Of a stretch of 37,222 nt of DNA, positions 8,414 to 19,208 are shown piece after piece. The position numbers and the translations under genes were made by a program. The stretch spans positions 1 to 37,222 of the forward strand of contig JACCZI010000133.1 in the NCBI GenBank assembly GCA_013696015.1, written 5' to 3'. The DNA comes from Nocardioidaceae bacterium. GTDB lineage: Bacteria > Actinomycetota > Actinomycetes > Propionibacteriales > Nocardioidaceae. A model generated the notes under the pieces. The model worked only from the letters and a program-made list of their open reading frames with translations. It was not told where the DNA came from and did no database searches. How positions within the stretch are numbered: the stretch's first letter is position 1; the number at the start of each line of letters is the position of its first letter.

Positions 8414-9256
8414 GTGGCCGAGCGTGGGACGTTGCTGCTGGCCGCGACGCCGATCGGCCGGGTCGAGGACGCCTCACCCCGGCTGGCCCGCGAGCTCGCC
8501 GCCGCCGACGTTGTCGCCGCCGAGGACACCCGGCGGCTGCGCCGGCTCACCGACGACCTCCGTGTGACACCGCGCGGTCGGGTGGTGTCGTACTTCGAGG
8601 GCAACGAGGCCCGTCGCACCGTCGAGCTGGTCGAGGAGTTGGAGGCCGGTGCGACTGTGGTGCTGGTCACCGACGCGGGTATGCCGAGCGTGTCCGACCC
8701 GGGCTACCGGCTGGTCACCGCTGCGGTGGCCGGCGGCCACCGGGTCAGCGTGCTGCCAGGGCCCTCGGCGGTTCTCGCGGCGCTGGCCGTGTCCGGGCTG
8801 CCGGTCGACCGCTTCTGCTTCGAGGGCTTCTTGCCCCGCAGGTCCGGGGAGCGCGCGCGCCGACTCGTGGCGTTGGCCGCGGAGCCACGGACGATGGTGG
8901 TCTTCGAGGCGCCGCACCGCACGGCGGCGACGCTGGCGGCGATGTCCGAGACGTTCGGCGCGGATCGGGCAGCGGTGGTCTGTCGCGAGCTGACGAAGAC
9001 CCACGAGGAGGTACGCCGCGGCAGCCTGGCCGAGCTGGTCGCCTGGTCGGCCGAGGGCGTACGCGGGGAGGTCACGCTCGTGGTGGGCGGCGCACCTGCG
9101 CCGACGTCCGCGGCGTATGACGTCGTCGCGCTGGTGGCCGAACACGAGGCGGCCGGTATGAGCAGGCGCGAGGCGATTGCCGAGGTCACCCGCGAGACCG
9201 GGCTGCGCCGGCGCGAGGTCTACGAGGCCGTCCACCGCAGGGTGGAAGGTCCTTGA
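8414..9256 (+). CDS. rsmI: 16S rRNA (cytidine1402-2'-O)-methyltransferase RsmI
   Basis: GTLLLAATPIGRVEDASPRLAREL, VAAEDTRR, VTDAGMPSVSDPGYRLV, CFEGFLPR, CRELTKTHEE. I prefer in-frame GTG 8414, which gives the usual short N-terminus, over the track start at 8396. Confidence 0.9.
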   Translation: MAERGTLLLAATPIGRVEDASPRLARELAAADVVAAEDTRRLRRLTDDLRVTPRGRVVSYFEGNEARRTVELVEELEAGATVVLVTDAGMPSVSDPGYRLVTAAVAGGHRVSVLPGPSAVLAALAVSGLPVDRFCFEGFLPRRSGERARRLVALAAEPRTMVVFEAPHRTAATLAAMSETFGADRAAVVCRELTKTHEEVRRGSLAELVAWSAEGVRGEVTLVVGGAPAPTSAAYDVVALVAEHEAAGMSRREAIAEVTRETGLRRREVYEAVHRRVEGP

Positions 9257-9379
9257 GCCCGTGGCACGACGCTATGGCAAGACCCATGCTGTGCTGCGAC
9301 GAAGAGCCGCTGCGCGCCAGTGCTCGCGCAGCCATAAACCCTCAAGATCCGCGCCGTCGGCGCGACTAGGATCGCCGCC

Positions 9380-10978
9380 ATGCCGCAGCCGAGCCCGACC
9401 GACGCCCCGGACAAGGCGTTCTACATCACCACGCCGATCTACTACGTCACCGCGCCACCGTCGATCGGCAACGCGTACACCACGGTCGCGGCCGACATGA
9501 TCGCCCGCTGGCACCGGCAGTGCCAGCAGCGGACGTGGTTCCTCACGGGCACCGACGAGCACGGCCAGAAGGTGATGCGAGCCGCCGCCGAGCACGGCGT
9601 CACGCCGCAGGAGTGGACGGATCGGCTGGTCGAGGAGGAGTGGCAGCCGATGCTGCGCGTCGTCGACGCCAGCAACGACGACTTCGTCCGCACTACCGAG
9701 CCCCGCCACGCCGAGCGCGTGCGCGACTTCTGGGAGACGATCCGAGCGAACGGCGAGGTCTACGCCGGCGAGTACGAGGGTCCGTACTGCGTCGACTGCG
9801 AGGAGTTCAAGCTGCCCGGTGAGCTCCTCGACGGCCCCGGGGACAAGCAGCTGTGCCCGATCCACAACCGGCCCGTCGAGAACATCAAGGAGAAGAACTA
9901 CTTCTTCCCGCTGTCGAAGTACTCCGAACGGCTGCTTGAGCTGTACGAGCGTAACCCGACGTTCGTGCAGCCGGACAGCGCGCGCAACGAGGTGGTCGCG
10001 TTCGTGCGCTCCGGGTTGCAGGACCTGTCGATCTCGCGGTCGAGCTTCGACTGGGGCATCTCGGTGCCGTGGAACGACTCGCACGTGTTCTACGTCTGGA
10101 TCGACGCGTTGCTCAACTACGCGACAGCGGTTGGCTACGGCTCCGACGACGAGCGCTTCGCGGCGACCTGGCCGGCCGACGTGCACCTGGTCGGCAAGGA
10201 CATCTTGCGCTTTCACGCGGTGATCTGGCCGGCGATGCTGATGGCGGCCGGCGTGGACGTGCCGCACCAGGTGTTCGCGAACGGCTGGCTGACGGTGGGC
10301 GGGCAGAAGATGAGCAAGTCCACGGCGACCGCGATCCACCCGAGCGAGGTCGTCGACACCTTCGGCTCCGACGCGTACCGCTACTACTTCCTCAAAGCCA
10401 TCGCGTTCGGGTCCGACGGGTCGTTCTCGTGGGAGCACATCAGCGCGGTCTACACCGCGGAGCTCGCTAACGGCCTGGGCAACCTGGCCTCGCGAGTGAC
10501 CTCGATGGTCGGGCGCTACTTCGACCGCCGGCTGCCCGATCCCGGCGAGACCGGGCTCGACGAGGACATGCTTGCCAGCGAGCTCGCTCGCACGGTCGCC
10601 GTCGCCGACGCGGCCATGGAGCGGCTCGCCCTGCACGAGGCGCTCGGCGCGATCGAGTCGTACGTTGCGCGGATCAACGGCTACCTCAGTGATCAGGAGC
10701 CGTGGCAGGTCGCCAAGGACGACTCCGAGCAAGGGCAGGCCAGACTCGGCACGATCCTGTACGCCGCCGCGGAGGCGCTGCGTGGCGTCGCGGTGCTGCA
10801 TGCGCCGACGATGCCGAAGACATCCGCGGCGCTCTGGGAGATGCTCGGCGCCCAGGAGCAGCTCGGTGATCTCGGGGACCAGGATCTGCGCAGCGCCGGG
10901 CGGTGGGGGCAGCTGTCGGCCGGGGCGACCCTGACCAAGGGCGAACCGCTGTTCCCGCGGCTGCCCGACGACGCGTGA
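9380..10978 (+). CDS. metG: methionine--tRNA ligase
   Basis: 532 aa with FYITTPIYYVTAPPSIGNAYT (HIGH-region equivalent), TGTDEHGQK and GQKMSKSTA (KMSKS). Confidence 0.95.
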   Translation: MPQPSPTDAPDKAFYITTPIYYVTAPPSIGNAYTTVAADMIARWHRQCQQRTWFLTGTDEHGQKVMRAAAEHGVTPQEWTDRLVEEEWQPMLRVVDASNDDFVRTTEPRHAERVRDFWETIRANGEVYAGEYEGPYCVDCEEFKLPGELLDGPGDKQLCPIHNRPVENIKEKNYFFPLSKYSERLLELYERNPTFVQPDSARNEVVAFVRSGLQDLSISRSSFDWGISVPWNDSHVFYVWIDALLNYATAVGYGSDDERFAATWPADVHLVGKDILRFHAVIWPAMLMAAGVDVPHQVFANGWLTVGGQKMSKSTATAIHPSEVVDTFGSDAYRYYFLKAIAFGSDGSFSWEHISAVYTAELANGLGNLASRVTSMVGRYFDRRLPDPGETGLDEDMLASELARTVAVADAAMERLALHEALGAIESYVARINGYLSDQEPWQVAKDDSEQGQARLGTILYAAAEALRGVAVLHAPTMPKTSAALWEMLGAQEQLGDLGDQDLRSAGRWGQLSAGATLTKGEPLFPRLPDDA

Positions 10979-11805
10979 CGCGACCGCCCGCGCCGGAGCC
11001 GCTGCCGCACGCAGTGGTCGACAACCACTGCCACCTCGACATCGCGCGCGACGGCAACCGGCTCGACGTGGCCGAGGCGCTGGCCGCGGCCACGGCGGTC
11101 GGCGTGCCACGCATCGTCCAGATCGGCTGCGACCTCGTCGGGGCGTCCTGGGCGGTCGAGGTCGCGAACACGTACCAGGGCATCGTGGCCGCCGTCGCCC
11201 TGCACCCGAACGAGGCGCCGCGGCTTGCCGCCGGCGGTCGGCTAGCCCTGGGGCTGGCAGAGATCGAGTCGCTGGCCCGGTCCAGCCCGCAGGTGCGCGC
11301 GATCGGGGAGACCGGGCTCGACTACTTCCGCACCGGAGCCGACGGCCGGGCTGCGCAGCACGAGTCGTTCCGGGCGCACATCGGCATGGCCAAGACGCTT
11401 GGCAAGACGCTGGTGATCCACGACCGCGAGGCACACCACGACGTGCTGCGTCTGCTCGACGAGGAGGGCGCGCCGCCGCGCACCGTCATGCACTGTTTTT
11501 CCGGGGACGCCGACTTCGCCCGGGCCTGCCTCGAGCGGGGCTGTTGGCTGTCGTACGCAGGCACGGTCACGTTCCCTAACGCGCACCCCATCCGCGAGGC
11601 GTTGGCGGTGACCCCGATGGACCGGGTCCTGGTGGAGACCGACGCGCCGTACCTCACCCCGATGCCCCACCGCGGCCGGCCGAACGGCTCGTACCTGGTG
11701 CCACTCACGGTCCGCGCCATGGCACAGCTGCGCGGCGATGACCTGGCCGAGCTGTGTGCGGCGATCGACGCCAACACCGACGCGGCGTTCGGCGGTCCCT
11801 GGTAG
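10975..11805 (+). CDS. tatD: TatD family metal-dependent hydrolase/DNase
   Basis: VVDNHCHLD, GETGLDYF, LVIHDREAH, MHCFSG, LVETDAPYL. GTG 10975 overlaps the metG stop (GTGA). Confidence 0.9.
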   Translation: MTRPPAPEPLPHAVVDNHCHLDIARDGNRLDVAEALAAATAVGVPRIVQIGCDLVGASWAVEVANTYQGIVAAVALHPNEAPRLAAGGRLALGLAEIESLARSSPQVRAIGETGLDYFRTGADGRAAQHESFRAHIGMAKTLGKTLVIHDREAHHDVLRLLDEEGAPPRTVMHCFSGDADFARACLERGCWLSYAGTVTFPNAHPIREALAVTPMDRVLVETDAPYLTPMPHRGRPNGSYLVPLTVRAMAQLRGDDLAELCAAIDANTDAAFGGPW

Positions 11806-11914
11806 TCGACCGTGTGGCCGCGCGTGGTGCAGGCGGTGTCGAGAAGTCGCCGGTTGCGGTGGTTGGGGTGTGTCGCCACATCTCTCACATGCGTCACACC
11901 TCGACGCACCCGAT

Positions 11915-13178
<1,264 letters not shown>

Positions 13179-13230
13179 GACTCGCTGCCGTGCCCGGCGC
13201 CGGGTGAAGTGCACCGACTTCGACGCCACG

Positions 13231-14100
13231 ATGACGTCTGACGAGGTACGCCTGCTCGGCCCGGCGGAGGTCCGCTCCCTGGCGGCCCGGATCGGGCTGC
13301 GACCGGCCAAGTCGCGGGGCCAGAACTTCGTGATCGACGCCAACACGGTCCGGCGCATCGTGCGGGCCTCCGGTGTGAGCGGGGACGACGTCGTGATCGA
13401 GGTCGGACCTGGGCTCGGCTCTCTGACGCTCGCGCTCAGCGCGGTCGCCGGTCATGTCACCGCGATCGAGGTCGACCCGGTGCTGGCGGCGGCGCTGCCG
13501 GACACGCTCGCCGAGCGCGCGCCATCTCGCGCGGAGCGGGTCGACATCGTGCGTGCCGACGTCCTGCGCATGCCCGCAGTCCCCGGGCCGTCACCGACTG
13601 CGATGGTGGCCAACCTGCCGTACAACGTGGCCGTGCCGGTCCTGCTGCGCCTTCTCGAGATGCTGCCCAGCCTGGCGTTCGGCCTGGTCATGGTGCAGGC
13701 CGAGGTTGCGGATCGGCTGACCGCTGCACCGGGGTCCCGGACCTACGGCGGGCCGAGCGCCAAGGCAGCCTGGTTCGCCGACGTCCGCCCCGCGGGCCGG
13801 GTCAGCCGCACCGTGTTCTGGCCGGTGCCCAACGTCGACTCGGGCCTGGTGGTGTGGCGACGACGCGATCCACCGCCGGCGGCGGTGTCGCGCGCGGAGG
13901 TCTTCGCGGTCGTCGATGCCGCCTTTGGTCAGCGCCGCAAGACGCTCCGCTCCTCGCTAGGGACTCTCGCCGGCTCGCCGGCCGCCGCCGAGGAAGCGCT
14001 GACGGCCGCCGGAGTCTCTCCGCAGGCCCGTGGCGAGTCCCTCGACATTGCGGCGTTCGCCCGAATCGCTGACGCCTTCGCGCATAGGTTGAAGCCGTGA
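13231..14100 (+). CDS. rsmA: 16S rRNA (adenine1518/1519-N6)-dimethyltransferase RsmA/KsgA
   Basis: From ATG 13231: [40 protein letters not shown]. The upstream part of track ORF 12940.. overlaps rpfB out of frame. Confidence 0.9.
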   Translation: MTSDEVRLLGPAEVRSLAARIGLRPAKSRGQNFVIDANTVRRIVRASGVSGDDVVIEVGPGLGSLTLALSAVAGHVTAIEVDPVLAAALPDTLAERAPSRAERVDIVRADVLRMPAVPGPSPTAMVANLPYNVAVPVLLRLLEMLPSLAFGLVMVQAEVADRLTAAPGSRTYGGPSAKAAWFADVRPAGRVSRTVFWPVPNVDSGLVVWRRRDPPPAAVSRAEVFAVVDAAFGQRRKTLRSSLGTLAGSPAAAEEALTAAGVSPQARGESLDIAAFARIADAFAHRLKP

Positions 14101-15020
14101 GGGGTGTCACCGTGCGCGCGCCGGCCAAGATCAACCTTGCCCTGGCGGTTGGTGGCGTCAGCCCTGACGGCTATCACCCGGTCGCGACGATCTATCAGGC
14201 CGTGGATCTCTGCGACGAGGTACGCGCGACGCCGCAGGACTCGCCTGCCATCGACGTGACCGTGACGTACGACGGACGGAGCCCGAGCGAGACCGCACAG
14301 GTGCCGCTCCACGCCGACAACCTTGCGGTTCGCGCCGCCGCGCTGCTGCGAGAGCGGGCCGGCGTCAGCGGCGGAGTCAGCCTGGCGATCCGCAAGGCGA
14401 TCCCCGTCAGCGGTGGGATGGCGGGCGGCTCCGCCGACGGGGCTGCCGCGCTGGTCGCGTGCGACATGGTGTGGGAGCTCGCCACGCCGCGGCCAACATT
14501 GCTGCGACTGGCTGCCGAACTTGGCAGCGATGTGCCCTTCGCGCTGCTGGGCGGCACCGCCATGGGTACCGGCCGAGGGGAGCTCGTCAGCCCGGTGCTC
14601 GCCAGCGGCGCGTACTACTGGGTGCTCGCGCTGGCCGCAACGGGGCTCTCGACCCCCGCGGTGTACGCCGAGTACGACCGGCTGCACAGCGGCTTCGCGC
14701 CGCCGGCCCCGCAGGTTGCGCCGGCGCTGATGGCGGCACTGCGCGCCGGTGACACGGGCGCCCTCGGGGCGGCGATGAGCAACGACCTCCAGGACGCGGC
14801 CATCTCGTTGCGACCAGAGCTGGCGCACGTGCTGGCGATCGGTGAGGAGTGCGGGGCGCTAGGTGGACTGGTGTCCGGCTCCGGCCCCACCACCGTGTTC
14901 CTGGCGGTCGACGAGGAGCACGCACTGGACATTGCGCTGGCTCTCAACGGATCAGGGGCTTGTGCCGACGTGGTCCAGGCCCTCGGCCCGGTCGGTGGGG
15001 CCCGTCCCATCGGCGGCTGA
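14097..15020 (+). CDS. ispE: 4-(cytidine 5'-diphospho)-2-C-methyl-D-erythritol kinase
   Basis: [15 protein letters not shown] and the GHMP kinase motif [20 protein letters not shown]. The GTG overlaps the rsmA stop (GTGA). Confidence 0.9.
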   Translation: MRGVTVRAPAKINLALAVGGVSPDGYHPVATIYQAVDLCDEVRATPQDSPAIDVTVTYDGRSPSETAQVPLHADNLAVRAAALLRERAGVSGGVSLAIRKAIPVSGGMAGGSADGAAALVACDMVWELATPRPTLLRLAAELGSDVPFALLGGTAMGTGRGELVSPVLASGAYYWVLALAATGLSTPAVYAEYDRLHSGFAPPAPQVAPALMAALRAGDTGALGAAMSNDLQDAAISLRPELAHVLAIGEECGALGGLVSGSGPTTVFLAVDEEHALDIALALNGSGACADVVQALGPVGGARPIGG

Positions 15021-15034
15021 CCCGGGGCCGGCAG

Positions 15035-15529
15035 TCAGTCGCGAGTCTCGAACGGCCGGACCAGCACTCGGAGCAGGCTGGCGAGCCGCGCGGCGTCTCC
15101 CGGGGGAAGCCCTGACAGCAACTCCCGTTCCCGAGCCAACAGGGCCTCGAGGGCAGCATCGACGGCGGCGCAGCCACGGGCGGTGAGCTGCACCTTGACA
15201 CCACGGCGGTCCTCGGGGTCCGGCAGCCGCTCCACCAGGTCCTTGGCAGCCAGCCGGTCGACGCGGTTCGTCATCGTGCCGCTGGTGACCAGAGTCTCGA
15301 GTAGCAGCCGGCCGGGGGAGAGCTGGTACGGCGGTCCCGAGCGGCGCAGCGCGGAGAGCACATCGAACTCCCAGGCCTCCAGACCGTGCTCCGTGAACGC
15401 CCTACGGCGCGCCCGGTCGAGGTGGCGGGCCAGTCGGGTGACCCGGCTGAGCACCTGCATCGGCAGCACGTCGAGGTCGGGGCGCTCCCTCTGCCACGCC
15501 TCGACCAACCGGTCGACCTCGTCGGTCAC
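15035..15529 (-). CDS. MarR family transcriptional regulator
   Basis: C-terminal 164 aa of track ORF 15035..16192, including EAWEFDVLSALRRSGPPYQLSPGRLLLETLVTSGTMTNRVDRLAAKDLVERLPDPEDRRGVKVQLT (winged HTH). The start is set at in-frame GTG 15529; the rest of the ORF is antisense to tam. Confidence 0.8.
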   Translation of the reverse strand: MTDEVDRLVEAWQRERPDLDVLPMQVLSRVTRLARHLDRARRRAFTEHGLEAWEFDVLSALRRSGPPYQLSPGRLLLETLVTSGTMTNRVDRLAAKDLVERLPDPEDRRGVKVQLTARGCAAVDAALEALLARERELLSGLPPGDAARLASLLRVLVRPFETRD

Positions 15530-15595
15530 ACCGCTCAGCGTAGCGTCGAGAGTCTTGACGTTGAGATTCTCGCTTGCAACCCTTCTCCGGTGCCC

Positions 15596-15631
15596 GTGCC
15601 CACGACTGTGCCCACGACTGTGCCCACGACG
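15596..15631 (+). repeat. 12-bp tandem repeat gtgcccacgact x3, preceded by a half unit at 15590-15595
   Basis: Read directly. It encodes VPTT repeats in the tam frame and lies 60-100 nt from the divergent marR start. Confidence 0.9.
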
Positions 15632-16396
15632 TGGGACCCCGCGACGTATCTGAGGTTCGCCGAGGAACGCTCCCGGCCCTTCGCCGAGCTGCTGGCGCGA
15701 GTCGATGTCGACGCTCGGACCGTTGTCGACCTCGGCTGTGGACCCGGCCACCTGACTGAGCAGATCCGAGCCCGCTGGCCACGGGCGCACATCCTCGGCC
15801 TCGATACGTCGACGCAGATGGTGGCGACGGCGCGAAAGGAGCATGCCCTGGCCGACGCTGACTACGAGGTGCGTGACCTTCGGGAGTGGTCGCCTGACGA
15901 GCCGGTCGACCTCGTGCTGTCCAACGCCACCCTTCAGTGGGTGCCTGGCCACCTCGAACTGTTGCCCGGCCTTGCCGACGCAGTCGCAGTGGGAGGGAGC
16001 ATCGCGTTCTCCGTGCCCGGAAACTTCGCCGAGCCGAGCCATGTGCTGCTTCGGGAGCTGGCGGACGAGCAGCCGTACGTCCGGTGGACGTGGGACATCG
16101 AGCGGCCCAGCGCGTACGACGCCGCCAGCTACCTCGATGTCCTCGGACGTCCGGGCTGGATCGTGGACGCCTGGGAGACGACCTACCTGCACGTGCTGTC
16201 GGGTTCCGACCCGGTGTTCGGGTGGTTGTCCGGCACCGGAGCTCGGCCGGTGCTGCAGGCGCTACCGGCTCGGGAGCGTCAGCGGTTCGAAACCGCGTTC
16301 AAGAGCCGGTTGCGTGCGGCCTACCCGAGCCGCGAGTACGGCACCGTGCTGCCGTTCCGCCGGGTTTTCGTGGTCGCCCGGCGCCAGGAGGGCTGA
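15620..16396 (+). CDS. tam: trans-aconitate 2-methyltransferase-like SAM methyltransferase
   Basis: WDPATYLRFAEERSRPFAELLARV (compare E. coli Tam: [24 protein letters not shown]), VVDLGCGPGHLT and SNATLQWVPGH. The start is ambiguous among GTGs at 15590, 15596, 15608 and 15620 within the repeat. Confidence 0.85.
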   Translation: MPTTWDPATYLRFAEERSRPFAELLARVDVDARTVVDLGCGPGHLTEQIRARWPRAHILGLDTSTQMVATARKEHALADADYEVRDLREWSPDEPVDLVLSNATLQWVPGHLELLPGLADAVAVGGSIAFSVPGNFAEPSHVLLRELADEQPYVRWTWDIERPSAYDAASYLDVLGRPGWIVDAWETTYLHVLSGSDPVFGWLSGTGARPVLQALPARERQRFETAFKSRLRAAYPSREYGTVLPFRRVFVVARRQEG

Positions 16397-16414
16397 GCCG
16401 TCCGACTTCATCAC

Positions 16415-16759
16415 GTGCAGGTGAGCTGCCCGGCCGGTGGCGAGGATGCCGCCCGCGCGTTCTACGGTGGCGTGCTCGGGCTGCCCGAGGTGGCAAAGCC
16501 GCCGGCACTCGCCGCGCGTGGCGGAGTGTGGTTCTGCCGCGAGGAGGTCGAGGTCCACGTCGGCGTGGAGGAGCCGTTCCGGCCGGCCGGCAAGGCGCAC
16601 CCAGCGTTCAGCGTGGACGACGTCGACGCGGTCGCGAAGGCGGCCACGGCTGCCGGGTTCCCCGTGGCGTGGGACGAAGACTTCCCCGGGTACCGGAGGT
16701 TCTACACCGCAGACGGAAACGGCAATCGGGTCGAGGTGCTCAGCCCGCTCGAGGGATGA
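16415..16759 (+). CDS. VOC (glyoxalase/bleomycin-resistance/dioxygenase) family protein
   Basis: 114 aa with DAARAFYGGVLGL, KAHPAFSVDDVDAV, RRFYTADGNGNRVEV, a single betaalphabetabetabeta-module pattern. Confidence 0.7.
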   Translation: MQVSCPAGGEDAARAFYGGVLGLPEVAKPPALAARGGVWFCREEVEVHVGVEEPFRPAGKAHPAFSVDDVDAVAKAATAAGFPVAWDEDFPGYRRFYTADGNGNRVEVLSPLEG

Positions 16760-17387
16760 GTGTGGGCTCCGGCTCCAGCCCCGACAGCCCGTTCCACGCC
16801 AAGTTGCACAGGTGGGCGGCGACGACCTCCTTAGCCGGCTCGCGGGCGTCGAGCCACCACTGCCCGGTGGTGCCGACCATGCCGACCAGCATCTGGGAGT
16901 ACATCGGCGCGTACGTCGCGTCGAAGCCGCGGGCGGCGAACTCGGCGCCCAGGATGTGCTCGACGCGGCTCGCTACGTCGCCGATGATGCTGACGAAGGA
17001 GCCGGACGCCGACCCGATGGGCGAGTCGCGGACCAGGATGCGGAACCCGTCGGAGCTGGTCTCGACGTAGTCCAGCAGCGCGCATGCCGCCTGCTCGAGC
17101 AGCTCTCGCGGGTGCCCGGCGGTCAGCGCGTGGCCCATCATGTCCAGCAGCCGACGCACCTCCCGGTCGACGACGACCGCGTAGAGGCCCTCCTTGCCGC
17201 CGAAATGCTCGTAGACGACCGGCTTGGACACCTCCGCCCGAGCGGCGATCTCCTCGACCGAGGTACCTTCCACGCCTCGCTCGGCGAAAGCGGCGCGGGC
17301 GATCTCGATGAGCTGCTCGCGACGCTCAGAGGCGGTCATGCGCGGGCGGCGCCCCCGTTCGTCTGCACCCTGCGACACGTCGGTCAT
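16740..17387 (-). CDS. TetR/AcrR family transcriptional regulator
   Basis: ERREQLIEIARAAFAERGVEGTSVEEIAARAEVSKPVVYEHFGGKEGLY (TetR_N HTH). Occupies the position of the mycobacterial Rv1019-like regulator. Confidence 0.9.
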   Translation of the reverse strand: MTDVSQGADERGRRPRMTASERREQLIEIARAAFAERGVEGTSVEEIAARAEVSKPVVYEHFGGKEGLYAVVVDREVRRLLDMMGHALTAGHPRELLEQAACALLDYVETSSDGFRILVRDSPIGSASGSFVSIIGDVASRVEHILGAEFAARGFDATYAPMYSQMLVGMVGTTGQWWLDAREPAKEVVAAHLCNLAWNGLSGLEPEPTLIPRAG

Positions 17388-17613
17388 TGTGCCCTACGGG
17401 GTCTCAACGGCGCCCGGCGTCGACGCCGCTGCTGTGATGCACCATGCTGCGCACCAGCCAAGTCCGGACCTGAGGTGACCCGAAATGTACGCCGGATGAT
17501 AACCAGACCGCCACTCGGAGTTCTTCGACGCGGTTCCCCATCTTGCTGCGACTCTTCTGGTCCGAGACGGGCGGGCACAAGGCCGGTCGATCGCAGAGCA
17601 AAGGTGTCATTCT

Positions 17614-18459
17614 ATGTCTCAGAGCACTTCTCGGGACCAGCCGATTCCGTCGGGTGGACGCGACATCTCAACCCACCTCGGGCTTCTCGGTGTCCCGTCA
17701 TTTCAGCCTCGGACTGTCCCCTTCGACCCTGGCTACGATCCTCAGACCGTCGTCTCGCACCTGGCGCAGAGCGGCCACCTCATGGCCGGTCTCAAGCTAT
17801 CGATGACGTGCTGGCTGATCGCCGATTTTCGGGCCACCCAAGCCAAGATCGACGCGGCGAAGTCACAACACATTCCCCTTATCGCAGGTGGCGCAGCGTT
17901 CGAGATTGCCGTGCAACAAGGGATGCTCATCTCCTATCTGGAGTTGTGCGGGGCGCTGGGCATCGACTGCATTGAGGCGGGAGAGGGCTTTACCGATCTC
18001 GGCGTGACCGCCGCGGAGACGGTTAGCCTGGCTCACGAACGCGGCCAGGATGTGCAGTTCGAGCTCGGACGTAAACATGAGGGGCCGTTCACCCGCCGAC
18101 GCGTCATGGAACTCATTCAGCAAGGCAGGGAGTGGCTCGGAGCGGGCGCTGTCCGCCTCGTGGTCGAGGCCCGAGAGAGTGCAGCGGGCGTGGGCCTCTT
18201 CGACGCCGAGGGAGAACTGCGGAGGGAGCTGACGGACCTGCTCGTGGAGGGTATTAGCCTTGAACTGCTCTGCTTCGAGGCGCCCTCCAAGGCGAGCCAG
18301 TTCGCCCTGCTGAAGCACCTGGGGCCTGACGTACTGCTGTCGAACGTACGCCTCGAAGAGCTTCTCAGGGTCGAGATCTTCCGGCGCGGGATGCACGCGG
18401 ACTCCTACGGGGATCCACGGTTGGGCACGTGGGCACCGGTGTCGGGGTACGAGCTGTAG
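17614..18459 (+). CDS. comA: (2R)-phospho-3-sulfolactate synthase (ComA family)
   Basis: Alignable by eye to my recollection of M. jannaschii ComA. LVVEARESAAGVGLFDAEGELRRELTDLL...LLCFEAPSKASQFALLKHLGPDVLLSNVRLEELLRVEIFRRGMHADSYG compares with IIEGRESGKGKGLFDKEGKVKENELDVL...[48 protein letters not shown]. Confidence 0.85.
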   Translation: MSQSTSRDQPIPSGGRDISTHLGLLGVPSFQPRTVPFDPGYDPQTVVSHLAQSGHLMAGLKLSMTCWLIADFRATQAKIDAAKSQHIPLIAGGAAFEIAVQQGMLISYLELCGALGIDCIEAGEGFTDLGVTAAETVSLAHERGQDVQFELGRKHEGPFTRRRVMELIQQGREWLGAGAVRLVVEARESAAGVGLFDAEGELRRELTDLLVEGISLELLCFEAPSKASQFALLKHLGPDVLLSNVRLEELLRVEIFRRGMHADSYGDPRLGTWAPVSGYEL

Positions 18460-18470
18460 CCTTCACTGGC

Positions 18471-19208
18471 ATGACGGATCGGCCACGCATCGTCCGGATC
18501 GACAGCACCCCGTCCGCTGCCGCCCGCTACGGGCCCGGTTGGGCGGTTGTCGGCGTTGACGTCTTCCGGGCTACGACACTGCTGTGCACTGCGTCGGAGA
18601 AGGGTCGGCGTTGCCTGGTGGCAGCCGACGTGGCGGAGGGGACCGCTTTGGCGGCTCACATTCCAAAGGCTCTGCTGGGCGGCGAGCAGCAAGGACTGGT
18701 TCCGCCGGGATTCGACGTCGGCAACAGCCCGGCGGAGTTTGCCCACAGGAGCGACCTCGAGCGACCCCTTGTGCTCGTCACCTCGTCCGGAACCCCGCTT
18801 CTCCGCCGGGCAGCGTCGGCGAGCGTCGTGTACGCCGCCTGCCTCCGAAACGTGACGGCGACGACCGAGCAGCTGATTGCACTCGAAGTCGACGTCGCGG
18901 TCATCGGGGCCGGCACTCGAGGAGAACGCCGCAAGGAGGATGACTTCGGGTGTGCGCAGATCGCCGCAGGCCTGCTGGCGGCAGGCTTTGACGCAGACAC
19001 GGACACCCGAGCGCTTGTCCAACGCTGCATGCGTCTGTCCACCGAGTGGTGTGCCTCCGGAAGTTCTGCGAAGTTCCTGCGGCACGTGGGTCGGCAAGAC
19101 GACATCGACTTCGTGCTGTCACACGTCGACGACGTCGACTCGTTCCTGGAGGTCAGCGGAACTGAGGTGCTCCATCATGACAGGAGTTGGGCTGCCCATG
19201 CGCACTGA
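18471..19208 (+). CDS. comB: 2-phosphosulfolactate phosphatase (ComB family)
   Basis: VVGVDVFRATT and LLGGEQQGLVPPGFDVGNSPAEF match the ComB signature (D-V-L/F-R-A-T-T; GGE..G....GFD.GNSP). ATG 18471 lies 11 nt after the comA stop. Confidence 0.8.
   Translation: MTDRPRIVRIDSTPSAAARYGPGWAVVGVDVFRATTLLCTASEKGRRCLVAADVAEGTALAAHIPKALLGGEQQGLVPPGFDVGNSPAEFAHRSDLERPLVLVTSSGTPLLRRAASASVVYAACLRNVTATTEQLIALEVDVAVIGAGTRGERRKEDDFGCAQIAAGLLAAGFDADTDTRALVQRCMRLSTEWCASGSSAKFLRHVGRQDDIDFVLSHVDDVDSFLEVSGTEVLHHDRSWAAHAH

Noticed and set aside
9272-11434. 720-aa ORF antisense to metG and tatD
   Set aside because: It is extremely Arg/Pro/Gly/Ala-rich with no recognisable motifs. It fully overlaps two confidently identified genes on the other strand. 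This is a typical open-frame artefact of high-GC DNA.
15530-16192. Upstream 220 codons of the MarR track ORF (15035..16192)
   Set aside because: It is antisense to the well-supported tam gene and lacks MarR-like sequence. The MarR domain is complete from GTG 15529.
17388-17420. Search for an att-like direct repeat of the tRNA-Gln 3' end at the left border of the island
   Set aside because: Only a weak resemblance was found (CCTACGGGG at about 17395, against CCTACCCGGGG in the tRNA). That is too short and imperfect to call, and no integrase is present.
16437-17975. 512-aa plus-strand ORF running through the VOC gene, antisense to TetR, and into comA
   Set aside because: It crosses three independently supported genes and an intergenic region. 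The translation is Arg/Pro-rich and motif-free.
18877-19176. N-terminal 100 codons of the 852-aa track ORF (18877..21435)
   Set aside because: This part overlaps comB out of frame and is Ser/Arg/Thr/Cys-rich. The ATP-grasp homology begins right after ATG 19177, so the start was moved there.
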